A stretch of DNA of 64,000 nucleotides from Bacteroidota bacterium (GTDB lineage Bacteria > Bacteroidota > Ignavibacteria > SZUA-365). Both the position numbers and the translations under genes were made by a program. The stretch's first letter is position 1. Each line of letters opens with the position of its first letter. The stretch is taken from contig JARYLZ010000004.1 of the NCBI GenBank assembly GCA_029907355.1, forward strand, positions 5,007 through 69,006, given 5' to 3'. Of the stretch, positions 9,814-19,288 are shown one piece after another. Below the pieces are notes generated by a model, which did no database searches, was not told where the DNA came from, and was given only the letters and a program-made list of their open reading frames with translations.

Positions 9814-10617
9814 ATGCGCGATTCCATTTCTTCGATTTCGCTGTTGCGTGCCCTTCGCGATTTCGGGGCGGCGGCTCGTGCGGTACCGCGCGATATCAGC
9901 GTTGTCCTCATCGGGGCATCACTCGTGAGCATTGCCTCGTGGTACTTCGGGAGCAGGCGGTTTTTCCGCTTCATGTTCTACCCGTTCCTCGGTGACCGCC
10001 CCTTATACGAACTCTACGAGTTTCTCTACTGGTTCGGATGCGAATTCGTTCTTTGTTTCGTTGTCCCGTTCCTCCTCGCATTGATTATTCTCCACCGGAA
10101 GCCGCGGGATATCGGCGTATGCATCGGCGATTGGAAATTCGGGCTGAAGTTCGCATGTGCCTTTCTCGTCTTCATGATTCCCATCCTTTGGGTTGTCTCC
10201 GATTCCCCCGTATTCCAAACGGTGTACCCTCATGCCCAGATTGTCAAGGGAGATTGGAGGCTTTTCCTGGCTTACGAAGCCGGTTTCATCTTTTACTTCA
10301 TCGGCTGGGAATATCTGTGGCGCGGTTTCGTCTTATTCGGGCTTGAAAAACACCTGGGCGGTGGACCATCAGTGCTCATCCAGATGTTGCCTTTCGTGAT
10401 TCTCCATAGCGGGAAACCGGTTCTGGAAACGCTCGGCGCAGTCGTGGCAGGGATCGCACTGGGTGCTCTCGCTCTTCGAACACGATCATACTGGTACGGT
10501 GTTCTGACCCACTGGTCGGTTATGTTGACGATCGATCTGTTTACTACCCTCCGTTTCCGAACGGGTGCCGCTGGCATCGGTATTCACGCCCTGTTCCAGC
10601 TTGTCGGCCTGTCATAA
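9814..10617 (+). CDS. CPBP-family (CAAX/Abi-like) intramembrane protease
   Basis: Multi-TM protein carrying motifs 'WEYLWRG' (ExxxR) and 'FVILH' (FxxxH). The track ORF 9607..10617 reaches upstream only because the frame happens to be open across the K+-channel 3' end; the first Met after that stop is at 9814. Confidence 0.65.
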   Translation: MRDSISSISLLRALRDFGAAARAVPRDISVVLIGASLVSIASWYFGSRRFFRFMFYPFLGDRPLYELYEFLYWFGCEFVLCFVVPFLLALIILHRKPRDIGVCIGDWKFGLKFACAFLVFMIPILWVVSDSPVFQTVYPHAQIVKGDWRLFLAYEAGFIFYFIGWEYLWRGFVLFGLEKHLGGGPSVLIQMLPFVILHSGKPVLETLGAVVAGIALGALALRTRSYWYGVLTHWSVMLTIDLFTTLRFRTGAAGIGIHALFQLVGLS

Positions 10618-10683
10618 CCGTTTGTATATTTCTCGCCATCGGCGGCTACTACCGAGAGGAAACGAGCAAGAAGAAGGAAAGAA

Positions 10684-11403
10684 ATGCGTCTCTGTGTGAA
10701 TATCGACCACATTGCTACACTACGGGAAGCCCGGGGTGGAAACGAACCTGACCCGTTAACCGCGGCTCATCTCTGCGAACTGGCGGGTGCCGAAGGCATC
10801 GTCTGCCACCTGCGAGAGGACCGGAGGCACATCAACGACCGTGATCTTCGCTTACTCCGGGAAACGGTGAAGACGAAACTGGACCTCGAGATGGCTGCCA
10901 TCGATGAAATTCTTGGAATTTGCATCGAGACGCTGCCGGATCTCGCTACATTCGTCCCCGAACGACGGCAGGAACGCACCACCGAATCAGGTCTCGACGT
11001 CATACGCAATGCTAGTCGCATCGCGGAAGCCGTCGCTCGACTCCACGAACACGATATCGAGGTCAGTCTTTTCGTGGACCCTTTAGAGGAACAAATCGAA
11101 GCGGCGGCGGAAGTCGGGGCGGATATCGTTGAATTGCACACGGGGGATTTCGCAGCGGCCAGGAGCCAGGAGGAATTGATCGTCCAGGTTCAAAAACTCA
11201 GAGCGGCAGCAGCTTGCGCTCGATCGCTCGATCTCGGCGTGAATGCAGGTCATGGTCTCAATTACTTGAATATCCGTTATCTGCACGACATTCCTGAAAT
11301 CGAAGAAGTAAGCATCGGTCATGCTATCATTGCACGAGCGGTTTTCGTAGGATTGGAAAAGGCTGTTTCCGATATGGTTCGACTCGCCGCTGGGAAATCA
11401 TGA
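10684..11403 (+). CDS. pdxJ: pyridoxine 5'-phosphate synthase
   Basis: 'NIDHIATLREARGG.EPDP' and 'GAEGI..HLRED.RHI' signatures. Length 239 aa. Confidence 0.9.
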   Translation: MRLCVNIDHIATLREARGGNEPDPLTAAHLCELAGAEGIVCHLREDRRHINDRDLRLLRETVKTKLDLEMAAIDEILGICIETLPDLATFVPERRQERTTESGLDVIRNASRIAEAVARLHEHDIEVSLFVDPLEEQIEAAAEVGADIVELHTGDFAAARSQEELIVQVQKLRAAAACARSLDLGVNAGHGLNYLNIRYLHDIPEIEEVSIGHAIIARAVFVGLEKAVSDMVRLAAGKS

Positions 11404-11512
11404 GAGGATGAACACACCCATATTTTCCTTCCAAAGAAAAATCAAATCATGAAAAACTACTCGCGAAAATTGTTTCTCCCATGGAATTTTTCTATACTTG
11501 CACTGATGTTCA

Positions 11513-11586
<74 letters not shown>

Positions 11587-11600
11587 CTCGCGAGAGGAAA

Positions 11601-11624
11601 AATCGGAGAAAGTCCGATTTTTTC
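11601..11624 (+). terminator. intrinsic terminator after tRNA-Val
   Basis: Stem AATCGGA/TCCGATT with loop gaaag, followed by TTTTT. Confidence 0.5.
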
Positions 11625-11638
11625 GTATAGAAAACGGC

Positions 11639-13570
11639 GTGAAAATGGCTGAAAAGAACAACATAACTATCAACTTGCCGAATGGTGACCATCGCACGTA
11701 CCCGCGCGGCATTACCGGGGCGGAGATTGCGTGGGATCTCGGGCGCAAACTTGGTGAAGAGGCCCTTGCCGTCTTCGTGGATGGGATCCTCCGTGACCTC
11801 GGCCAACCACTTACCGAGGATGCATCGGTACAGTTCGTGACCTTCGACGACGAGAAAGGCAAGGAAATTTATTGGCATAGCACCAGCCATCTGATGGCTC
11901 ACGCGGTCGAGACCCTCTGGTCTGGGGCTCGGTTCGGTGTGGGACCCGCGATAGAACAAGGTTTCTATTACGATATCGATGTCGATCATACGATCACACC
12001 GGAAGACCTCGAGAAGATCGAGAGCCGGATGAAAGAACTCGCGCAAGCCGATACCCCTTTCGAACGGAGAGAACTCTCGAAAGACGAGGCTCTTGCCTTC
12101 TTCAAACAGAAAGGCGATCCATATAAGGTAGAGATCATCGAGGGACTCGATGATAAGGTTGAGAGGATCAGCCTTTATACGGAGGGTTCATTCACTGATC
12201 TATGCCGTGGACCACACATCCCTACCACCGGCAAGATCAAACATATCAAACTCCTTTCCGTCTCCGGTTCCTATTGGAAAGGGGATGCATCGAACAAACG
12301 TCTCCAGCGCATATACGGAATCTCGTTCCCGAAGAAGAGCGACTTGGACGAGTTCCTGCGGTTGCTTGAGGAAGCCAAGAAAAGGGATCACCGGAAATTG
12401 GGTCGTGAACTCGAACTCTTTACGTTCCATGATATCGCCCCTGGTGCGCCGTTCTGGCTTCCCCGTGGGATGATCATCTTCCGTGAGCTCGAACACCTCA
12501 TCCGCGAGATGCTCGACGCCGCAGGCTATGAGGAAATCCTCACACCCATTCTCGTGAAGAAAGACCTGTGGGAGCAATCAGGTCACTGGGAGCATTACAA
12601 GGAATATATGTTCCTCGTGGAGGTTGAGAAGGAGATTTACAGCCTCAAACCCATGAACTGTCCGGAGAGCACTCTGGTATACCGGCAGAAAGTTCGCAGT
12701 TACCGGGACCTGCCTCTCCGCTACTCGGAGATCGGGCGTAACCATAGGAATGAACTATCGGGCGTCCTGAACGGGATGTTCCGAGTCCGCCAGTTCCACA
12801 TGGATGATGCACATCTCTTCGTGCGACCCGATCAAATTCTCAGTGAAATTACGGCGTTGCTCCGGCTGGTAAACCGATTCTATGCCATTTTCGATTTCCA
12901 GCCGACCTTCGGTCTCGCAACCAGGCCCGACCATGCGATGGGTGACCCGGAACTGTGGACCCTCGCCGAGGATGGACTTCGCCGGGCGCTGGAAGCAAAT
13001 GAGATCCCGTACACGCTCCACCCGGGCGACGGAGCTTTCTACGGACCGAAAATCGATATCACGATCCATGATGCCTTGCATCGCTCCTGGCAGCTCGCCA
13101 CGATCCAACTCGATTTCCAGATGCCGGAAAGATTCCAGCTCGAATACATTGACGAACATAATGAACGTCGGCGCCCTGTCATGATCCATCGCGCCATCAT
13201 GGGTTCACTCGAACGTTTTATTGGCGTACTCGTGGAACATTTTGGAGGAGCGTTCCCTGTATGGCTCGCACCTGTCCAATCCGTCGTCCTTCCGATAAGC
13301 GACCAACACGCTGCGTATGCTGCCGAGGTGAAGGAAACCCTTCGTTCATCCGGTATCCGTTGTGAACTCGATGCACGAAACGAAAAAATCGGGCACAAGA
13401 TTCGCGACTGGGAAATGCAAAAAGTTCCGTTCATGCTTATCGTAGGAGAAAAGGAGCGGCAGGCGAAAACCGTGTCTGTCCGCAAGAGACGGGAAGGGGA
13501 TATCGGGTCCTTCCCACTCGATGAATACATGTCCATGATCAAAGGGATGATCAAACGGAAAGAAACATAA
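11639..13570 (+). CDS. thrS: threonine--tRNA ligase
   Basis: 643 aa with a TGS-like N-terminus, class II core motifs and an anticodon-binding C-terminus. Sits directly upstream of infC-rpmI-rplT. Confidence 0.95.
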   Translation: MKMAEKNNITINLPNGDHRTYPRGITGAEIAWDLGRKLGEEALAVFVDGILRDLGQPLTEDASVQFVTFDDEKGKEIYWHSTSHLMAHAVETLWSGARFGVGPAIEQGFYYDIDVDHTITPEDLEKIESRMKELAQADTPFERRELSKDEALAFFKQKGDPYKVEIIEGLDDKVERISLYTEGSFTDLCRGPHIPTTGKIKHIKLLSVSGSYWKGDASNKRLQRIYGISFPKKSDLDEFLRLLEEAKKRDHRKLGRELELFTFHDIAPGAPFWLPRGMIIFRELEHLIREMLDAAGYEEILTPILVKKDLWEQSGHWEHYKEYMFLVEVEKEIYSLKPMNCPESTLVYRQKVRSYRDLPLRYSEIGRNHRNELSGVLNGMFRVRQFHMDDAHLFVRPDQILSEITALLRLVNRFYAIFDFQPTFGLATRPDHAMGDPELWTLAEDGLRRALEANEIPYTLHPGDGAFYGPKIDITIHDALHRSWQLATIQLDFQMPERFQLEYIDEHNERRRPVMIHRAIMGSLERFIGVLVEHFGGAFPVWLAPVQSVVLPISDQHAAYAAEVKETLRSSGIRCELDARNEKIGHKIRDWEMQKVPFMLIVGEKERQAKTVSVRKRREGDIGSFPLDEYMSMIKGMIKRKET

Positions 13571-14181
13571 CCCCCAAAACATTCCCTCATCGCAACGGAG
13601 GCACCACGAGTACCGACAAACTGCAACAACGCACGCGGATAAACGGCGAAATCACCGCTCGGCAAGTCCGCGTCATCGGCCCCGACGGCGGCCAAGTCGG
13701 CATTTTCCCTCTCGACCGCGCATTACGCATGGCACAGGAACAAGAACTCGACCTCGTCGAGATCGCCCCCCAGGCCCAGCCGCCTGTTTGCCGTATCATG
13801 GACTATGGGAAATTCAAATACGAACAGCAGAAGAAAGAAAAGCTCTTAAAGAAAAAACAGCAAGTCATTCTCGTTAAGGAAGTGCGTTTTCATCCCAATA
13901 TCGACACCCATGATTTCGAGTTCAAGGTTCGGCATGCTAGGCAGTTTCTCCTCGACGGCAACAAGGTCAAAGCCTCAGTCGTGTTCCGTGGCCGCCAGAT
14001 GGCGCACCAAGAGTTCGGTGTCGCCGTGCTCGATCGGATGCGGGAACTCCTTGACGATATCGCTTTCCTCGAAAGGGAACCGAATCTCGAAGGCCGGGCT
14101 CTCATCGCGATCTTCGCCCCCGATAAAAAGAAAATTGCAGCATACATGAAAAAAGCGTCCGGAGACGGTGCCGGATCATGA
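13567..14181 (+). CDS. infC: translation initiation factor IF-3; a non-AUG start is inferred and the exact start codon is uncertain
   Basis: The conserved IF-3 N-terminus 'RINGEI..VRVIGPDG.QVGI' is encoded in frame upstream of the first ATG at 13729. No in-frame ATG/GTG/TTG precedes it. An in-frame ATA at 13567 overlaps the thrS stop (ATAA). Confidence 0.7.
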   Translation: MTPKTFPHRNGGTTSTDKLQQRTRINGEITARQVRVIGPDGGQVGIFPLDRALRMAQEQELDLVEIAPQAQPPVCRIMDYGKFKYEQQKKEKLLKKKQQVILVKEVRFHPNIDTHDFEFKVRHARQFLLDGNKVKASVVFRGRQMAHQEFGVAVLDRMRELLDDIAFLEREPNLEGRALIAIFAPDKKKIAAYMKKASGDGAGS

Positions 14182-14226
14182 TCCGCCTCTCGCGACAATA
14201 CAGCAATCAACATACAAGGAGACGTT

Positions 14227-14427
14227 ATGCCGAAATTCAAAGGGAAATCCGGCGCAAAGAAACGCTTTAAAGTAACGGCTACCGGGAGACTGAAACGGGA
14301 AAAAGCATTTCGGAGTCATATCCTGACGAAAAAATCCGCGAAACGGAAACGCACACTCCGGAAATCGACACTTGTCGATCGGACCCAGGAAAAAAGTATC
14401 AAAGCGATTATTCTGGCGAAATCATAA
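14227..14427 (+). CDS. rpmI: 50S ribosomal protein L35
   Basis: '[20 protein letters not shown]' within a 66-aa basic protein. Confidence 0.9.
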   Translation: MPKFKGKSGAKKRFKVTATGRLKREKAFRSHILTKKSAKRKRTLRKSTLVDRTQEKSIKAIILAKS

Positions 14428-14439
14428 CGAGGGTCATTT

Positions 14440-14787
14440 ATGCCAAGAGCGAAGAAATCCGTTGCATCCCGCGCGCGACGCAAGAAAGTCTTGCAACACG
14501 CAAAAGGTGCATTTCAAGCACGAAGCAAGATTTATACGGTCGCAAAACATTCCGTTGAGAAAGGCTTGCAGTACGCGTATCGCGACCGACGGACGAAAAA
14601 ACGTTCTTTCCGGAGTCTGTGGATCGCTCGTATCAACGCAGCGGCGAGAATGAATGGCGTCAATTACTCCGCTCTTCTCGACGGGCTCAAGAAGAAGAAC
14701 ATCGATATCAACAGGAAGATTCTCGCCGACTTAGCCGTCAACGATCCGTCTGCATTTGCGGAAATAGTTAAGTTCGCGACTACTTAA
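14440..14787 (+). CDS. rplT: 50S ribosomal protein L20
   Basis: '[18 protein letters not shown]...' over 115 aa. Confidence 0.9.
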   Translation: MPRAKKSVASRARRKKVLQHAKGAFQARSKIYTVAKHSVEKGLQYAYRDRRTKKRSFRSLWIARINAAARMNGVNYSALLDGLKKKNIDINRKILADLAVNDPSAFAEIVKFATT

Positions 14788-14806
14788 AGAGTCAAAAAAC
14801 GGCGCT

Positions 14807-14846
14807 GGGCGGTGCGCCGTGTGCGGCGCACCGCCCGTTTCATTTC
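14807..14846 (+). terminator. strong intrinsic terminator after rplT
   Basis: 13-bp GC-rich stem GGGCGGTGCGCCG/CGGCGCACCGCCC with loop TGTG, followed by GTTTCATTTC. Confidence 0.7.
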
Positions 14847-14870
14847 ACAACTTGCCGTACTACGATAACT

Positions 14871-15899
14871 GTGATGGACATCATCGACGCTCTCCAGACA
14901 CTTTCGGAAGAAATCAAGAACACGGCGAAACAAATCTCTTCCTTGAAGGATGCAGAGGAATTCCGCGTACGTTTCCTCGCACGGAAAGGCATCATTGCCG
15001 AGCTGTTCGAAGCAATGAAGGAACTCGATGCTTCCGAGAAACCACAGGTAGGAAAACGTCTCAACGAGCTTCGTGAAACGGCGCGTAAATTGTACATGGA
15101 GGCTCGGGAACGCTTTGAAAAGGGTCCCGCAATCACATCCGTTCCAATCGATAGAACCCTTCCGGGGAGAACCCTCCCCGTCGGGCATCAGCATATCATA
15201 ACAAGAACGATCGACGAAATTACGGCTATCTTCATCTCCATGGGCTTTAGTATTGCGTGCGGACCGGAAATCGAGACGGACTGGTATAATTTCGAAGCCC
15301 TCAATTTCCCTCCTGACCACCCTGCCCGTGACATGCAGGACACGTTCTTCATCGGGAACGATCTCATGCTGAGAACCCATACGACTCCGGTGCAAATACG
15401 CGCGATGGAAAACGGGAAACCGCCGATCCGCATCGTCATGCCGGGCAGGGTTTTCCGCAACGAAGTCATCAGTGCCCGCAGCCACATCCAATTCCATCAG
15501 GTGGACGGCCTCTATGTGGATGAGCATGTCACCTTCGCGGATTTGAAAGGGACCTTGGTCGCTTTCGCAAAGCGGTATTACGGGACGGCCTTAAGGTATC
15601 GGTTCCGCCCTAGCTTCTTTCCGTTTACAGAACCGAGCGCGGAGATGGATATTACCTGCTATCTCTGCGGAGGGAAAGGGTGCCGCGTATGCAAGAATAC
15701 CGGTTGGCTCGAGATACTCGGCTGCGGGATGGTGGATCCGAACGTATTCCGTGCTGTGAATTATGACCCGGACCGCTACACGGGATATGCATTCGGGATC
15801 GGCATAGAACGAACCGCTATGCTTCGTTACGGTATCGATGATATTCGCATCTTGTTTGAAAACGATCTCCGTATCAATCGGCAATTCATTTGGCCATGA
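14871..15899 (+). CDS. pheS: phenylalanine--tRNA ligase alpha subunit
   Basis: Class II motifs 'FRNE...', 'FPFTEPSAEMDI' and 'GFAFGIGIER'. Confidence 0.95.
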   Translation: MMDIIDALQTLSEEIKNTAKQISSLKDAEEFRVRFLARKGIIAELFEAMKELDASEKPQVGKRLNELRETARKLYMEARERFEKGPAITSVPIDRTLPGRTLPVGHQHIITRTIDEITAIFISMGFSIACGPEIETDWYNFEALNFPPDHPARDMQDTFFIGNDLMLRTHTTPVQIRAMENGKPPIRIVMPGRVFRNEVISARSHIQFHQVDGLYVDEHVTFADLKGTLVAFAKRYYGTALRYRFRPSFFPFTEPSAEMDITCYLCGGKGCRVCKNTGWLEILGCGMVDPNVFRAVNYDPDRYTGYAFGIGIERTAMLRYGIDDIRILFENDLRINRQFIWP

Positions 15900-18316
15900 A
15901 CATTTCGCTCCCCTGGTTAAACGACTACATCGACCTGTCGGAGTCCCCTCAGGAAATAGCGTCCATTCTGACGAGTATTGGACTCGAAGTTGAAGAGATC
16001 GAAAATACCCGCGCTGCGTTCGAAGGTATCGTCGTCGCGCGCGTTCTTTCTTGTAAACCGCACCCTAACTCCAACAGGCTCCATGTCTGTACGGTTGATG
16101 GGGGAGCCGGTCCGGAAACCGTCGTGTGCGGAGCACCGAATGTCCGTGAAGGACAGATGGTCGTTTTCGCACGGGTCGGGTCCACGGTACCGAGAACCGG
16201 CATGCGGGTGGAGCGGAAAGAGATCCGAGGTGTCCTATCGAATGGGATGATATGCTCCTCTTACGAACTCGGGATCGATGAGGACCATAGCGGGATATTG
16301 GTTCTCGAAGAAAATGCTCCTCTTGGATCGCCTGCCCACGAAGTGCTCAGCCGACACGATGTCCGTTTCGTCATCGGGATTACGCCGAACCGTGGCGATG
16401 CACTTTCGCACATAGGCGTAGCACGTGATCTCTCCGCCGTTCTCCGGCGACCGCTCCGTTACCCTGTACCGCGATTCTGTATAGAGGGTTTCGGAGAAGC
16501 CCTCCCCATCCATATCGAGGATGCGATGCTTTGCTCCAGATATTCCGCAGCGCGTATCAGGGGCGTCAAGATTCGACCTTCACCCGCTTGGCTTCGAAAC
16601 GCTGTTGAAAATGTGGGCTTGCGGTCCATCAACAACATCGTGGACACGACGAATTTCGTGATGTTCGAGATCGGTCAACCGATGCATGCATTCGATCTTC
16701 ACAAGCTCGAAGGACCGCGTATTCTCGTTCGAGCGGCGGGGGAAGGGGAACGCTTCACCACTCTTGACGGCGTGGAAAGAACCTTGCCGCAGGGTGCAGT
16801 GTTGATATGCGACGGGGAGAAACCGGTCGCACTGGGCGGTATCATGGGCGGGATGAATTCGGAAATCTCAAATGATACCACGGAGGTTCTCCTTGAAAGC
16901 GCTTCTTTCAATCCCACCATAACGCGGAGAACTTCTCGTCGTTTGCTCTTGGCGTCCGAATCATCTTTCCGGTTCGAGCGCGGGACCGACCCATCGCGAA
17001 CCGTATGGGCATTACAGCGAGCCATCGATATCATTACGGATACAGCGGGGGGGGAAGTATGCGGCATTAGCGATATTATCACTATGCCCGTTTGCCAACG
17101 AACCGTTGCCTTGGATCCGCAGAACTGCGAGCGCATTCTCGGCTATCACGTCGAGCCCGAAAGCATTCGGGAAATCCTGGAATTTCTTGAGTTCCATCTC
17201 GATATCGTCAACGGCGTCTTCCATTGCACGGTACCACCATTCCGAAACGATATAGAAAGGGAAATCGATCTCATCGAGGAGATTGCTCGTATCTCGGGTT
17301 ATGATAACATCCCCGTTCCGGAACGAATGACACTCCACGCAGCCCCACCTTATAACGACGAAGCGTTTCGTTCAGCATGCAGACGTGCTGCAATTACTTG
17401 TGGCTTCGATGAGATTCTCTCCCCAACACTTATTGAGAGAAAATATGCACACGCCTCTCCTGTAGAAGGGGTCATCGAGGTGTTAAACCCTGTGAACACC
17501 GAGCGTCCATGTCTGCGTCCGAGTCTCATGCCGTCCATGATGGAGACGGTTTCGAGAAATCTTCGCTGCGGCATCAGGACACTGAGAATTTTCGAAATCG
17601 GCACGATATTTATCGATACCGCACCAAGCGAGAAACGATCGTTCGATTCTATCCGACAGAAGACAGCTATTGCATTCGCATTGACGGGATACGCTGAGGA
17701 ACGTTCCTGGTACAGTCGAGAGCGCCCTTTCGATTTTTTCGATTTGAAAGGTTTACTCACCACTTTTTTCACGCACCTTCATCTTGAAAATAAAATTAGA
17801 TTTAATTATGATGGACAAAAATCTTCAAGTGAGTTAGCTTTATCCCTTGAAATTGATGGAAATTCACTCGGAGAACTCAAGGAACTTTCTCAATACGTCA
17901 GGAAACTTTACGATATAGACCAACCCGTGTATTACGCGGAGTTCGATTTGGACTTGATCGAACGGTACCAGGAAACAAGCTTAAAATTTGTCCCCGTCAG
18001 CCGTTACCCAATGGTACGGAGAGACTTATCCTTCATTGTGCCGGAGAATGTTGAAACCGGTGATATCATCGAAATGGTCAAAAGTCTGGGAATCAAGATT
18101 CTTCGGGATATCGCGTTGCTTGATGTATTCCGTCACGAAGATTTCGGCGTGGGGAATAAGAGTATCGCGATAACCTTATCCATGCAATCGGACACGTCGA
18201 CTCTGACCGACCATGAGATCAACATGGTCGTGATGACCGTAGTCGAAAGGATAGAAAAAACCTTCAGCGCCTCTTTGCGGTCCACGGAATCCACACGACT
18301 TCCAGGGAAGGGTTAA
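15890..18316 (+). CDS. pheT: phenylalanine--tRNA ligase beta subunit
   Basis: 808 aa with tRNA-binding, B3/B4, B5 and FDX-ACB domain order. Overlaps the pheS stop. Confidence 0.95.
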   Translation: MAMNISLPWLNDYIDLSESPQEIASILTSIGLEVEEIENTRAAFEGIVVARVLSCKPHPNSNRLHVCTVDGGAGPETVVCGAPNVREGQMVVFARVGSTVPRTGMRVERKEIRGVLSNGMICSSYELGIDEDHSGILVLEENAPLGSPAHEVLSRHDVRFVIGITPNRGDALSHIGVARDLSAVLRRPLRYPVPRFCIEGFGEALPIHIEDAMLCSRYSAARIRGVKIRPSPAWLRNAVENVGLRSINNIVDTTNFVMFEIGQPMHAFDLHKLEGPRILVRAAGEGERFTTLDGVERTLPQGAVLICDGEKPVALGGIMGGMNSEISNDTTEVLLESASFNPTITRRTSRRLLLASESSFRFERGTDPSRTVWALQRAIDIITDTAGGEVCGISDIITMPVCQRTVALDPQNCERILGYHVEPESIREILEFLEFHLDIVNGVFHCTVPPFRNDIEREIDLIEEIARISGYDNIPVPERMTLHAAPPYNDEAFRSACRRAAITCGFDEILSPTLIERKYAHASPVEGVIEVLNPVNTERPCLRPSLMPSMMETVSRNLRCGIRTLRIFEIGTIFIDTAPSEKRSFDSIRQKTAIAFALTGYAEERSWYSRERPFDFFDLKGLLTTFFTHLHLENKIRFNYDGQKSSSELALSLEIDGNSLGELKELSQYVRKLYDIDQPVYYAEFDLDLIERYQETSLKFVPVSRYPMVRRDLSFIVPENVETGDIIEMVKSLGIKILRDIALLDVFRHEDFGVGNKSIAITLSMQSDTSTLTDHEINMVVMTVVERIEKTFSASLRSTESTRLPGKG

Positions 18317-18319
18317 ATT

Positions 18320-18655
18320 ATGGAAACGGGTCTTCAGCATGCAGCGGAAAATCTGCTTTTAAAGAACATTCAAACGGGTCTTCAGAATATTCGCGAACGC
18401 GTCACACTCGTTGTTGCGAAGATTCGCGATTTGCAAACGCGAAACGAGCAACTTCTTCATCGGGTAGAAGAATTAGAGCAAAAGATAAGCGAACTTGAGA
18501 AGCACCATCAAATTAGCGGGTGGGGGAATTCCAACCAGACTGGCTCTGCTATTGATGTTGGTGAAGGTTTATTATATCTTACTGTTGATGAACGAGAGGC
18601 GCTCGAACGGCAGATCGATGATCTGCTCGCAAGAGTTCAGTCCCATCTGCGTTGA
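18320..18655 (+). CDS. coiled-coil protein, possibly a ZapB-like cell-division factor
   Basis: Heptad-rich 'RDLQTRNEQLLHRVEELEQKISELEKHH'. It sits immediately upstream of zapA. Confidence 0.3.
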   Translation: METGLQHAAENLLLKNIQTGLQNIRERVTLVVAKIRDLQTRNEQLLHRVEELEQKISELEKHHQISGWGNSNQTGSAIDVGEGLLYLTVDEREALERQIDDLLARVQSHLR

Positions 18656-18718
18656 AATTTGATAAACGGCGCTCCGCCTCGTGAAAGGAATGTGACGAAA
18701 GAGACCTCGTGGACGACA

Positions 18719-19003
18719 ATGGAACAAAAGAGCATCCGCGTTCAAATATTCGGAAAGGAGTATCCCCTGCGAGTCGATGACGAGCAGATTACCCTTCAAG
18801 CGGCTCAACGTGTCAGTAAAATGATGGAAGAGTTGCATGGACAACTTCCTGACCAGCCGCCCGTCACCCTTGCAGTCCTCTCCGCGCTGAACGTGTCGGA
18901 AGCGTTGTTCCACGAACAGCGTTTCACAATGCAAACACTCAAACAAGTCGAACAGGATGTTTCCGCACTCTCCCGTATGCTCGATGAAGCATTGGAAAGT
19001 TAA
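18719..19003 (+). CDS. zapA: cell division protein ZapA
   Basis: 'KSIRVQIFGKEYPLRVDDE' N-terminus with a C-terminal coiled coil. The likely start is the internal Met of track ORF 18659..19003. Confidence 0.7.
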   Translation: MEQKSIRVQIFGKEYPLRVDDEQITLQAAQRVSKMMEELHGQLPDQPPVTLAVLSALNVSEALFHEQRFTMQTLKQVEQDVSALSRMLDEALES

Positions 19004-19029
19004 GCGCGGACTTGTCCTTGACTTTTCAT

Positions 19030-19270
19030 TGTCGTTTTCCGGGCCGCATTTCCAAAACGTTCCAGGCACCGTTTAAAAGAACCAACGCATTTTCATCGGG
19101 AATCTGACTCTTTTCATCGATTGCAGGCCTCATCCGCTCTCAGCGGACCGTGCCCGGCAAAATCGGGCGGGCAGTGGAAGCAAAAGATGATAAGGCATTT
19201 ACCCACTGTGCATGAGAGGGTTCTTTTCTAAACCCTTCCGCTGGAACGGAGGAAGTGCGGTCCCTTTTTA
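19030..19270 (+). ncRNA. candidate structured small RNA, possibly 6S/SsrS-like
   Basis: An intergenic region of about 250 nt with no ORF. Local hairpins are CCGCtctcaGCGG, GCCCGgcaaaatCGGGC and AGGGTTcttttctAACCCT. The distal pairing CGGGCCGCA/TGCGGTCCC could close a long irregular helix. zapA-ssrS synteny is known in E. coli. Confidence 0.2.
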
Positions 19271-19288
19271 CGTCAGGAGGAGAACGAC

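Noticed and set aside
11404-11512. Bacteroidetes-type promoter (TTTG ... TAnnTTTG-like 'TATACTTG') upstream of tRNA-Val
   Set aside because: The motif match is imperfect (CTTG rather than TTTG) and the spacing to the mature tRNA 5' end is longer than expected. It is noted only as a weak possibility.
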